A stretch of DNA of 64,000 nucleotides, taken from positions 43,648,001-43,712,000 of the forward strand of contig CM060732.1 of NCBI GenBank assembly GCA_030704615.1, given 5' to 3'. The translations under genes were made by a program, and so were the position numbers. Origin of the DNA: Takakia lepidozioides (taxonomy: Eukaryota > Plantae > Bryophyta). This document shows, piece after piece, positions 1 to 10,774 of the stretch (position 1 is the first letter of the stretch; each line of letters starts with the position of its first letter). Under the pieces are notes generated by a model. That model searched no databases and was not told the DNA's origin. It was given only the letters and a program-made list of their open reading frames with translations.

Positions 1-2612
1 TTTACGATCCGGATATCACCAGTTGCCGATCAAGGAGACGGATAAGCAAAAGACGCCATTCTGGGGGATCAATGAGCACGGGAAGGATTGCCTATACCAG
101 TGGCGGTTCTTACCATTTGGGCTTAAAAACGCTCCCGCTGAGTTTCAAAGAGTCATGGACAGGATTCTAGCAGGGGTGGAGTTTGCTTGGTGCTACATAG
201 ATGACATCATCATCTTTAGTGCTACGGTGGAGGAGCATGAGAGACACCTTCAGGGGGTATTTGAGCGCTTGAGGACGCACGGATTGAAGTTACATCCGGG
301 CAAGTGCAAGTTTTTCCATAACCAGATTGAGTATATGGGTCACATGATATATCCTGGAGGATTGGGGGTACAGCAGACTAAGGTAGAGTCCATTGCACAT
401 GTTCCACACCCCACGGATGTGAGCCGAGTTTGAGCTTTCATGGGGTTAGCAAACTATTACAGACGGTTTGTTAAGGGATTTAGTGCCATTGCAAAGGCTC
501 TAACTAAGCTGACCAAGGTGGACCAGGAGTGGCAGTGGGAAGATGAGCAAGAACAAGCTTTTCAAGAGCTCAAGGCGAGGTTGACCTCGGCGCCCATCTT
601 GAGACGACCTATCAGGGGGCGTCCTTTTCAGCTGCATACAGATTGGAGCATGCTGGGGCTTGGAGCGGTGCTCACACAGGTGGATAATGAGGGAAGAGAG
701 TTCGTAGTGGCTTATGCTAGCCGCTCGAACAATGCTGCAGAGTCTAAGTATAGCTCATATGAGGGAGAATGCTTAGCTGCAGTGTGGGCCGTGGCACACT
801 TCAGGTGCTATCTATACGGCAATCTCTTCACCCTTGTCACGGATCACCAACCACTCAAATGGTTGATGGAGTCAGACAAGCTTACGGGGAAGCTTGCACG
901 GTGGGCACTCATCCTTCAAGAGTATGACTTTCAGGTGGTGCATCGACCGGGTTTGGTCAATCGCAATGCAGATGGGTTGAGTCGGAATCCATGCACGAGC
1001 CAGCAGGATGACACTGGAGCTCGGTGGCATGGTGAGACGGACGAGGAGATGGTGCCCGGATGGCATACATCTGCATTTCTGTGTATCTTGGCAGCGGAAG
1101 GCCAGGTTGGACCTGCAACAGGGATGACTGTAGATCAAGTGTCTGAGGACCCTGAGGCCAACAATGAGCAAGGTGGCGCCAAAGATATACATGAGGATTC
1201 AGTTGTGTTGGACTACCTCCACACTGGAGACACTGCAGCCACTGTGACTGCCAAGGAGAGGGATCGGATCCTACAACGAGCCAAGAGGTTCAAGTGGGAG
1301 GGGACACACCTACTCCAAGTGTGGGAGGATGGTCGAGTGAGGATTGTGCCTCACCCAACACAGCGGGCACGGTTAGTGCGGCATGCCCATGAGGAGTTGG
1401 GGCATTTTGGGGTGCGACGCACTCATAGTCTACTGCAGGGGCAGTATTGGTGGCGTGGTATGCACACAGAGGTGCAACAATTTGTGGCTAGGTGCATGGT
1501 GTGTGACAGGGTGCGTGCTTCATTCAACGCCCCTACTCCACAATTGCACCCTCTTCCGATCATGGGATTGGGCTATAGGTGGAGTCTTGATTTCGCAGGG
1601 CCATTGTCACTGACCATGCGTCACAACAAGTACGTGTTGGTGATGGTAGAACACTTCTCCAAGTGGATTGAGTTGGTTCCATTGCCTGATAAGGCTAGTG
1701 AGGGAGCTGCGTATGTATTCTTGGATTGTGTGCTTAGCCGATTCGGTGCTCCAGCTGAGGTACTCACGGACCAAGGGAGAGAGTTCTTGGGGGAGTTTCA
1801 GGCTTTGTGTGACAAGGCCTTGATATACCACCGCACCACTTCTCGGGATCATCCTGAGGCCGATGGCTTGGCAGATAGAGTTGTTCAGACTGCGCAAGTA
1901 TGACTTGCAGAAGGGACACCTAGGGTGGGACCTTCAGTTACCCTGGTTAGCCATGGGCTACAGGTTCAGCAAGCAAGCATCACTTGTCTCCTTCTCACCA
2001 TACTTTCTTCTCTTTGGCCGAGAGCCGGATTTGCCTGCATCCATTCGCAGAGAAGCTGCTGCAGTTCTTAACCTTGACGATCCGGACGTGTGGGCACGTG
2101 CATGTGAGCAGCGTGCAGAATTGTTCAAGAAAGTCATGCCCATGGTTTTCGAAAACCTTGCCATCGCACAACACCGTGATACGTTGAGGTATGCTATCAT
2201 ACGTGGTGGGGGCTATCGTCTTGGGGTTCGGAGATTCAACCCTGGTGACTATGTTTACCTGCAGCAGACTGCTCCTACGACATTGGATGTGACTGCAAGA
2301 CGTGTTATTTTGAGGGTTCGAGAGGTCTTGCCCTGAGGCGTCTTGGTCTTGGAGGGTCGGGATGGCATAACTTGGAAAGACCATGTGCGTAATTGTGCGC
2401 CATGTCACCTTCCGAATGTCGATGGCAGGATTGACCCAAACCTGGCAGTGGTATCTGCAGGTTTGAGGTGCATGTTGTGTGGGTCTGCTAGAAGGGCAGC
2501 CACCATGCTGGTGTGTGATCGATGCTCTAGAGGTTGGCATATGGGCTGCTTGACTCCACCTCTTGAGATGGTTCTGGATGGGGATTGGTTATGTCCACAT
2601 TGCATTGGATAG
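1..2612 (+). mobile_element. Ty3/Gypsy LTR retrotransposon pol (RT-RNaseH-integrase-PHD finger), 5' part outside window, degenerate
   Basis: RT motifs PFGLKNAP and YIDD; RNase H TDWS/ECLAAVWAV/TDHQ/NADGLSR; integrase HHCC (HEELGH...CMVC) and core (LDF...TDQG); C-terminal C4HC3 PHD finger within ORF 2343-2612. RT-RH-IN order is diagnostic for Gypsy. In-frame TGA at 431-433 and 2334-2336 and a frameshift near 1890 inactivate it. Confidence 0.95.
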
Positions 2613-2861
2613 TGGGAGTGGATATAACCATGGAGGGCTAACAAGAAACGCAAGGCCAAGCTACTAGGGGACCTTGAACACACGAGGTCTTGACTCAAGT
2701 TCATAGATTGCAAGACGACGACTAACGATGGGGCTACTCTTGTACCTGGCCTCTTGGTCTATAGTGTTTGAGTACAACAGGGACAGTGATAGAGGACTTA
2801 GTACGGCTGTGGCTATTACATCTTGTAGCTATCTGGAGGTAGATGAACCTATCCACCAGCT

Positions 2862-2872
2862 AGGGGGGCGAT
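2862..2872 (+). promoter_or_regulatory. Polypurine tract of the Gypsy element
   Basis: aggggggcgat lies immediately upstream of the TG that opens the putative 3' LTR. Confidence 0.7.
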
Positions 2873-3401
2873 TGTGACAGACTTCTTTATTGTGCATATA
2901 TGTGTGGTGTGGTTTGGACAACGATGTAGTTATGTAGTGATACGTATGCGCACGACAGCTGTCAAGTTAAATAAGCACAGTGTGAAAACAACTAGAATAA
3001 AGCTAGTTATTTGTATTTAACACTTGGATTTAGGTCAAGTGTTAAATCAGGTGTCAAGTTTAGTTTGACACCTGAACCGCCTTATCTTCACGAGAGCGGC
3101 AGTCGCGCAGCTCATCTCTCTCGAGTTGAGCCTGCGCGACCGAGCTCCTGCATCGTTTAGGACTGAGTGTGCTTATGATGGGAGTATAGGTTGTTGTGGG
3201 GTGGAGTCCCCATAGCTTGGGGTGCCCCTGGCTCGACTTCTGTTTTAACGAGTGATAGCGATGGATTTCATGTTGTTTCTGGTGTGAACAGTGTGTCTCT
3301 TAGCTTGTTCTATCATTGTGGCAGACTACTTTATTGTACATATATGTGTGGTGTGGTTTGGACAGCGATGTAGTTATGTAGCGATACGTATGCGCACGAC
3401 A
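2873..3401 (+). repeat. 3' LTR of the Gypsy element (TG...CA, ~529 bp)
   Basis: Starts tgtgac after the PPT and ends gcacgaca. Contains an 87-bp direct repeat at both ends and several hairpins. The 5' LTR is outside the window, so the boundaries are inferred. Confidence 0.7.
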
Positions 3402-3934
3402 AGGAGTTGTCTGTGAGCAAAACAATGACATCAGAGAGAATGGTGAGTTGTTTGTAAATCTCACCTCAGTTGTAAATGAGTCTGCATGTGTCAGTGGTGT
3501 GCACCCATTAGGATGTGTGAGCGGGTCCATTCGATTGCACATGATTCCTTTAAACCTCCACTTCATGACAACCTGCCTTTGCATTTATTTTCTTGCAACA
3601 TCGTGGTTGTGGTGATAATTTTTTTTCTCATTCAATATTGCTGTTGTTGACAGAAGGCAAGTGAGGGCTACTGTAGTATCATGCGCAAAGTCGAGCAGCT
3701 AGGAAGAGACACCACAAGTCAGCGAGAAGACATCATGGATTTGAAGGCTTGTGTCTTGCAGATGATGCTTTACCAAAAAGCGATAGCCAACAAGTTTGTC
3801 ATCTCTATATCAGTGTCTCCGGCTGTGGGGACATTTGCAGCAGCCAGCGAGTGCATAGACGCAGCTCGCACATCCAGGCGCCTAGAGGACAACTTCGAGA
3901 CACCCCCTGCAGAAGGGGGGAGCTGATGGAAATG

Positions 3935-4590
3935 GACTACCCAACCAGCAATTTCCACCAGCCACCGTTTGGCCCAAGGAATCTAGGAAGCCATTTCCCC
4001 AACAGGGCCTGAATTTGAGTACTCGGGTCAAGCACCCCAAGGCCCTCCTTTTTCTTAGGAAGGCAAATCTGGCTCCATGATACCTGGGCCCTCTTGTCCT
4101 AGGTAGATGATTGGGCACCCCATATGAAGTTTCTAACACATCTCTTGACTTCTTTAATGAAGTCAGAGTCTGGACCCCAGAGGGCGAATTCCCAAAATGC
4201 CTAAATGAGAGCTGAACAGACTAGAGAAGAAAGAGAAAAGGGAAGAGTGGCGGGTTTGCTTGAGCGAAACGTTGCTATCGCTGGAGACGGCGGCGAGGAT
4301 GACCAAACTGGAGATAAACCTTTGGTGAGGAAAGATGAATGAAGGAAGAGGGATGAACATCAGGTGAGGGGTAAACGCAGCGATGGCTGGATCAGTGAGC
4401 ATATCAAACGAAGGAGAAAAACGTGGAATGAACAACAAGGAGATTAATGTGAAGAAGCTTAGGAACAAAGACTTCCGTCTGAGGCCCGAGGTCCATAGAG
4501 AGGGTAGAAATGACCGTTGGAGGTGCTTCCGCAAACCGCGGAGCTCCGCCATCGCTCCTTCCCCCCATCGTAGTCTCCCAGATTATAACA
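3935..4590 (-). mobile_element. Internally deleted L1-clade LINE remnant
   Basis: Minus strand ~4160-3935 translates to RNFIWGAQSST*DKRAQVSWSQICLPKKKEGLGVLDPSTQIQALLGKWLPRFLGPNGGWWKLL, the typical plant L1 ORF2 post-RT signature (FLW...W..IC.PK..GLG). It is joined to a pyrimidine-rich 5'UTR-like stretch; the extent of that part is uncertain. Confidence 0.7.
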
Positions 4591-5074
4591 TTATAGAAAA
4601 GAGTGAATGAATGAGAATCCCTAAGGTGACTATGTTATATATATTTCAATAGAAAATGAAGAGGAGATTATTATTATAACATGAAATTTATAATACTCAT
4701 ATTGAAAAAAATATTATATCACTATATCGTTTGATATGTCTAATACTTTAATTTTATGTCAATGAATCATAATATTGATTACCTTGGAGTGTTTTCTGAT
4801 GAAGACACATCAAAGATCTTCCCTCAGTTTGGCAGTGATGAAAAAAAAAGTAAAAAAAGTGACGATGCCTGGTTTCCCTCTTGAGTGAGGAGCAAACAAC
4901 CATGAGCCTCATTGGAATTTGGCATGTCCCAAAACGTTTTGGGTTCATATTTATCATGGACCTGCTGCCTTGTTTATGGATACTCGAGTCTAGCCAAAGC
5001 AGGTTTCATCCATTCTCATTATTTTGAAAAGTAGAATGATCTGATTGTCTCAACATGCTCTCTGACTCAAGAAG

Positions 5075-5078
<4 letters not shown>

Positions 5079-5113
<35 letters not shown>
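5079..5113. repeat. (GA)n microsatellite
   Basis: Directly visible run of about 17 GA units. Confidence 0.95.
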
Positions 5114-5115
<2 letters not shown>

Positions 5116-8100
5116 CAGTAATTGTTGTCGTTGGTGTTGGAGGTGGAGCAGTAAGGTTGCTGGATGGTCAACTAAACAGATCGCCTGTTTGCACGTGTGT
5201 GAATGAGAGAAAGCGGATGATCCGTTCAATTCTCCAAAGGTGAGTGAGCCTGGCTCTGGCATTGCCAGCATGTGCAGGTCCAACCTCAGGCTTTGCATCC
5301 ACCAAGTTGGACATCGATATTTGGTCCTCCCAACTGTGAAAGTCGGGCCTGATTATTATCACCATCGACAGACAACTGATCTGACCGGGATCTGACCTAG
5401 GCCTACTTACCTCCATTGCTTTTGGCTCCACGCAGGCGCAGTCCGAGGCCTGACTAACTTAACCAGAATAGATTTCTAAGTTTATAGCCACACCGTGCAA
5501 GTATTTTCCTGCAGACAGAGACTGAGAGAACCATTCCCAGTTCAATGTAGCCGTGGGGAGTACATAGCTGCTATCGGATCAAAGGCGTATCAAATGCCAT
5601 ATCCGAACCAACTCCCGATAAACCCAACTGCAAGCTGTGGGTCCCTTATCGGGAAGTGTGAAGGGCAGAACCAATCACCGCTGTGTGCATTGTGCCTGAT
5701 TTGGATCTGGCCAGCTGCGTGCAGCGCCTTGAGTGAGTCATACCGTGTGAAGGGCTCCCTATCAGGCTGGCGTATCCACCGTTTCCTCTCCCTCGTGGCG
5801 GGGCCCCTGATTCATGCTGCCCACAAGCTACAGGTAGTCTGACCTTTGTACTTTTTCTGCGGCGAAGTATACAATTCTGCACGGCACATTGCCTTCTAAC
5901 CAACAAGCTGGCACACTTTTTGATTAGGCTAAGGAAGCCCAATCTCCACGCACACTGGTAAGTTAGTACTAAGCGACATGTGCGTAAAATGGGTTCCTTT
6001 CCTACAGAAATACCGGCTGTGATTTTTCAGATGTACCAAGAGGTACCAAGGGGACACCATTAACTTCACTCCAAGAGTTTGTTTCTGCTAGCAGGGTCAC
6101 CAACTCTGACTTCTGCCATACCCAGGTAACAAAACCTGAGCTAAGTTAGATATGGCAAACGCCCTTATCCAATCTTATGTTCCTCGTCCCCGGAAGTTCG
6201 GGGCAGATTGTACACAGCGGATCGAATGACATAACTTGGGTGGACGTTGGTGAGTGGGGTAAATGATTTGCCTGCAGCTAACAGCTTATTAACAATGGTT
6301 TAGGTCACAGGTGGAAGAGATTAAGCTGGGAATAAATTTCGAGCAGAGTGAATTGAATGTCCTGAAGAGGGAGACAAAACCATAAAGGCCATCTGTGAAG
6401 CAGGCGTACCTTGCTTGCATAGCTGCTCTGCAGTGTGCACTGCCATGCTCAACCTGGTCATGGCGTCATCAAAGCTTAGAATATCATTATATACTCCGCC
6501 GTCGCCTGCCGTGCTTTGTCCTTGCTTATTATTCTCCTTCGACTGGGCAAGTGCTAGCTTCTGTTAGGCGAGTCTCTGAAGGTCACTTTTAGATGGCCAG
6601 ACTGGCCCATGCCACAAAGCAGTACTGAAAGCAAGTATTGAAGGAAGGAGATAGATACATCATCTGCTATAAGCTCCTCGTATCTAAATACATACACATT
6701 TAATGTTTGAGATCCGTATGATTTACATACGTTCTGTTGTCTTGATAGTTGTAACTGTGTGCAAACTGCAAACCCAATGTCGGTTATCTGAATTATTCTG
6801 CTCTCATGGATGAAACATGAAACGGCTACCTCTCGTCAGCCGTCTCGTCAACTACGGAAGATAATGGAATCATGTGGGAGTCCCTCTGTCATCTCTATTA
6901 GCTCTGCCAAAGACTTCCATCATCATTGACATTGTCCTATAAGTTTCTAGTGCTGGTGATAAGTGATCCGTCACACATATCTATTTAGTTTGGAAGGTCC
7001 GAAGGCAGATCACAGGGATGGTCTGGCAATCATCGTCCGTAGCGAAAGAGAATATGTGCTGCATCGTGTGCCTCGACTCCATGCGTATCGTTCGAAGCGA
7101 GCCGATGCTTGACTCTTCTCCTACAGCCATGCGATAAGGTCTTAGTGCCATACACTTTTGGTCCCTCGACCTTCCCGACTTTGTGGTGTAAGTACAAATT
7201 CGGCAAAGAGTGCCAAGTGCCAACTACATATAATAGGTTTCTTTGCAGCATATATTGCCGGTTCGACCACATCTGGTTCACCTGGATCGATAAGGATGTT
7301 GGCAAGGACCAGATATAATTAAAAATTTATGGGTTATGCTGTATTGCACAGATCTAGAGAACGTCTATGGTCAGGTACTACCACTAAAGTGTGTCAGGCT
7401 TATCACGGCTACCTGAATCATGAGGAGATTGAACTGTGGTGGCAGTGGCTAGCTCGCCCATAGGCTGCGGGCCGAGCGACAGTAAGTTTGCAATATTCCA
7501 AGTTTATTTGAGTTCCATGTATCTGCTGTGGCTCACGCGTGAGTAGGTATGTGCCTTGACCATCTTTTCAGCGGATATAATATTACCTCAGCACGTGTTA
7601 TACTTGACATTCTGATCAGTGTGACACTTATTAGAAGGCTTAAGACTATCCTGCTTCTCTGCCAGATGTCTAGACTGGTCTAGAGTTCATGATATGGTCG
7701 TCAATTATAACATATTGTGAAATACATGTTCAACTTATTATTACTCGAGGTACGACTTACAGGCCTATGTGGCATTTTGGCACTTCCTATTTTGGCCACT
7801 ATTCATGATACCTATTAGTCGTTGAGCCCGTCATTGTGTGTCCCACTGTAGTCTAGAATTTGCAACCAGATCTACCATACCTGCATCGGGAACGCCTTCC
7901 ATTATATGCATTGTCCTATAATGATGAGTGAGAGTATTTCGAAACTGAGGCTGATCTCGAACTTCTTCATGAAGATTGTGTAGTTTTTTAGTTTGGGCTT
8001 GTTTGCATATAGGGCAAGCCATGATTTTGCATTGAGCGCCTGAACGATATTGTACGTACGGTTGGACAAAAGAAAGTTCCTTTGATAAATGTTCAACAGG

Positions 8101-8661
8101 AATGCAGAAATCTTGTTCCTGGGAGCATGCACTATGTAGAAGATCATTGAGCACCGAGCTTTCACTCACTGAGTCAGTGATGGAGAAAATCGCTTACAGC
8201 TAGTACGAAACGTCCAAGCTATGTTGAATGCACTGCCATCACCTGTAAAGGATGGCTTGTATACAATAGCAAATGAAGAAACTCGTTCTTTTCTTTGCAT
8301 AAGATGGCCAGGAACCTTCTTCTTCAGAATTTCTCATGTTTAAACTACGTATTGACTGTTCCACGCTCACGATCTAGTCAAGACTCGTGAACTGCTAATT
8401 CTTTTATGACAACTGCACGCTTTCGGATTCAGTACCGTCAAGTTGAACTACATTCATATAAAACTGGCAAACTACGTCAAGTGCATTGATCTAGCATGAC
8501 TGCTTGCTTACTCGTAAGGCACTGGTGGCGCTGCCAGCATAGTCGTGACACGTTTCGGGCTAGCAGAAGTAGATTCACAACTCTGTTTTTGTGCGCGCAA
8601 TGACACCAGTGTACCATATACATTAGTGCGATACACAACGTTTGGGCGCCCGCTTCAGGCT

Positions 8662-10392
8662 TTAGTTACCTTTCGGAGGGTGTGTTTGAGGGTCCCTGTA
8701 GTCTATATTGATGTCGTCGATAGAATCAATTGAGTCCAGTGTAGAGTTATTTTCTGGTAATTTTCGTCTGGCCCTCCGTCTATTATCGGATGAAGTCCTG
8801 CTACTAGCAATCATTGTGACCTTCAGGACTTCGATCAGAGATTGCAAAGGACTGGTTGAATGCGTCTCCAGCACTTTATACCAATGTGGATGAAGAGCAT
8901 TTCGGGGGACCCGCGGGCCTTGCTGCAGTCGCTTTCTATCTTTGTAGCTGTGTGTCTTTAGGATATCATCTGCGGGAGCCTTTGTGTGCAGCTGCTGCGT
9001 CCTGGATGGTGTGCTTTTTCCTCTGAGCATCTGCCAAGTTGATACCAACAAACCCAGCTGTGAGATTCATGAGCTATATATGAGGAGGGATCGATCGAAA
9101 TTGCACTTTGACAATTAGAATGGCGAGAATATGAGTGAACAATTCTTGAGTCCTGATCTCCAGCGAACAGTCCACTGAAACATGGGGAAAATGAGAGAAG
9201 AAAACAAGTGTAGTTCAATGCACCAACAACCTTCTGTAGTGTATACAGTCTATCTAAGGAATATGAAAACTCGAACATGTGGAGAAATGGAAAATTTGTA
9301 AAAGATACATGTACAACGTTCAAAGTCAAACTGTGTACATCTTCACGCGGTTGTATCCCGATGAGCTACTAGAACAGCAGATATCAACCGTGCACTATCT
9401 GTAATATATGCACGATCCCTGGGCCGATCTCCACTTTCCTATGCTGTCTCTTGGACGTAAGGAGCGCGCAGCTGCAATTACTCTCTGGTGTATTTTCTAG
9501 TGGCAGAACGATGTTCAGAGGATATTACGAGAATATAGCAAAGGCTATTAAACACACGTGTACCTTTGTATTGAAGGAAACTCCATCCAATCTAGGTAAT
9601 GTCATGACGTCCTCAGTTGATGCTGCTTTAGACTCGATGTGAATGGGTAAATGATGAACTCCTGCACAATACATCAGCTCTCCTGCGGTCACAATACTTT
9701 TCAAGCTCTGTAATCCCCCCCAATTCGATTCTTATAATTCAATCCGTCCCCCTTCTCATTTTTACCCCGACCGTGGCACATGTGTACAACAATTATAGGT
9801 AGCTGTCTTTTTGACTCAGTTTTGGCATATAGGCCCATCTAGAGGCAGGAAGTCAGCACAGCTCGAACTTCATGTTCCGCTGTGATCTGTATAAAAGGCA
9901 CGACTTTCACGGGCATATGTGGAGACGTCGATCTTCACAGCTATTAGCTTCCACAGAAATTGTAACACATTGTTTCCGAAGAGCTGAACGCAATTGTCAT
10001 ATTCATAGAGCTCATGTGCAACTGTAATCCATGTAAACGTAAGCACGTCGTGAGTTGATGTAATTGACACAGGTAGAAGTCCTTCAGGACGGAAACTACA
10101 CCAGTTGTTCCATCTTGATCGAACGTCACTGAACTCACGTCAGTACTGTACAGTAAAGTCGTGTTGGACTCTTCAATTGGTGTGATCCCCGGCTTTCATT
10201 GCGATGGTCTTTCTCTAGAGACGCCTGCAAGCTTACCCATGTAGGCCAGCGTGATACAAACTTACCAGAAAGATGTTGGCGGCTGGCAGAAGTGGAAGAT
10301 GAGAAAACGACCATGAGGGCTATGGTGGAGCACCAGAAGACCGTTGCTGGCCTTACGGGCTTGCTTGCTATCTTTCTTCGTGTAGTGACCAT
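8662..10392 (-). CDS. RGF: RGF/GOLVEN/CLEL-family secreted peptide precursor (~197 aa, 3 exons: 10392-10266, 9661-9564, 9030-8662)
   Basis: Exon 1 MVTTRRKIASKPVRPATVFWCSTIALMVVFSSSTSASRQHLS is signal-peptide-like and ends at TG|gtaagt (phase 1). Exon 2 runs tgcag|GA...AAG|gtacac (phase 1 to phase 0). Exon 3 starts ttggcag|ATG and ends ...INIDYRDPQTHPPKGN-stop. The 13-aa C-terminal motif matches the RGF consensus (Arabidopsis RGF1 DYSNPGHHPPRHN). Confidence 0.85.
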
Positions 10393-10741
10393 TCTGGATA
10401 TTTGGGCATGGTTGCACAGCAGCACCCACAACACACACACAACACGTCTACTCTAAGCATAAGAGTTAACCAATTCCCACTCTCTCAAAACATCGCCGTT
10501 TAAATTTGAGGACACCTGAGATCTAGGATTGGACACAGAAGCAGGCACTTGAGAGCAAGACAAGAGAGCGAGGGAGTGAGACAGAAAGGCGCCAACGAAA
10601 GAACGAGAGTGGCAGCCAAGTGACGGCAGCAATGCAACGACAATCCTATGGGCCGCGAACTGCAGGGAGAGTCAAAGCGACCTGTAGATACTTCTTCGAA
10701 GGCTCAGAGCACAAGAAAGATAGCTAGATACATAGATCGAT

Positions 10742-10774
10742 AGAGAGAGAGCTAGAGAGAGAGAGAGAGAGAGA
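10742..10774. repeat. (GA)n/(CT)n microsatellite upstream of the RGF-like gene
   Basis: Visible, interrupted GA run. It is CT-rich on the RGF sense strand, as is common in plant 5' leaders. Confidence 0.85.

Noticed and set aside
2334-2336. Programmed stop-codon readthrough to make the integrase-PHD fusion
   Set aside because: The element has other inactivating lesions (431-433, ~1890), so simple decay is the more economical explanation.
3681-3926. 81-aa ORF with a coiled-coil-like start between the LTR and the LINE fragment
   Set aside because: No recognisable domain and truncated by mobile elements on both sides; cannot be assigned.
7881-8300. Possible minus-strand mini gene (96-codon open exon 8168-7881 with ag/gt ends)
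   Set aside because: No recognisable protein similarity, weak acceptor context, and no in-phase downstream exon found.
10140-10146. Apparent 7-nt micro-exon (tacag|TACTGAC|gtgagt) in RGF intron 1
   Set aside because: Inclusion shifts the frame and hits a stop in exon 2; exon 1 already splices in phase to exon 2.
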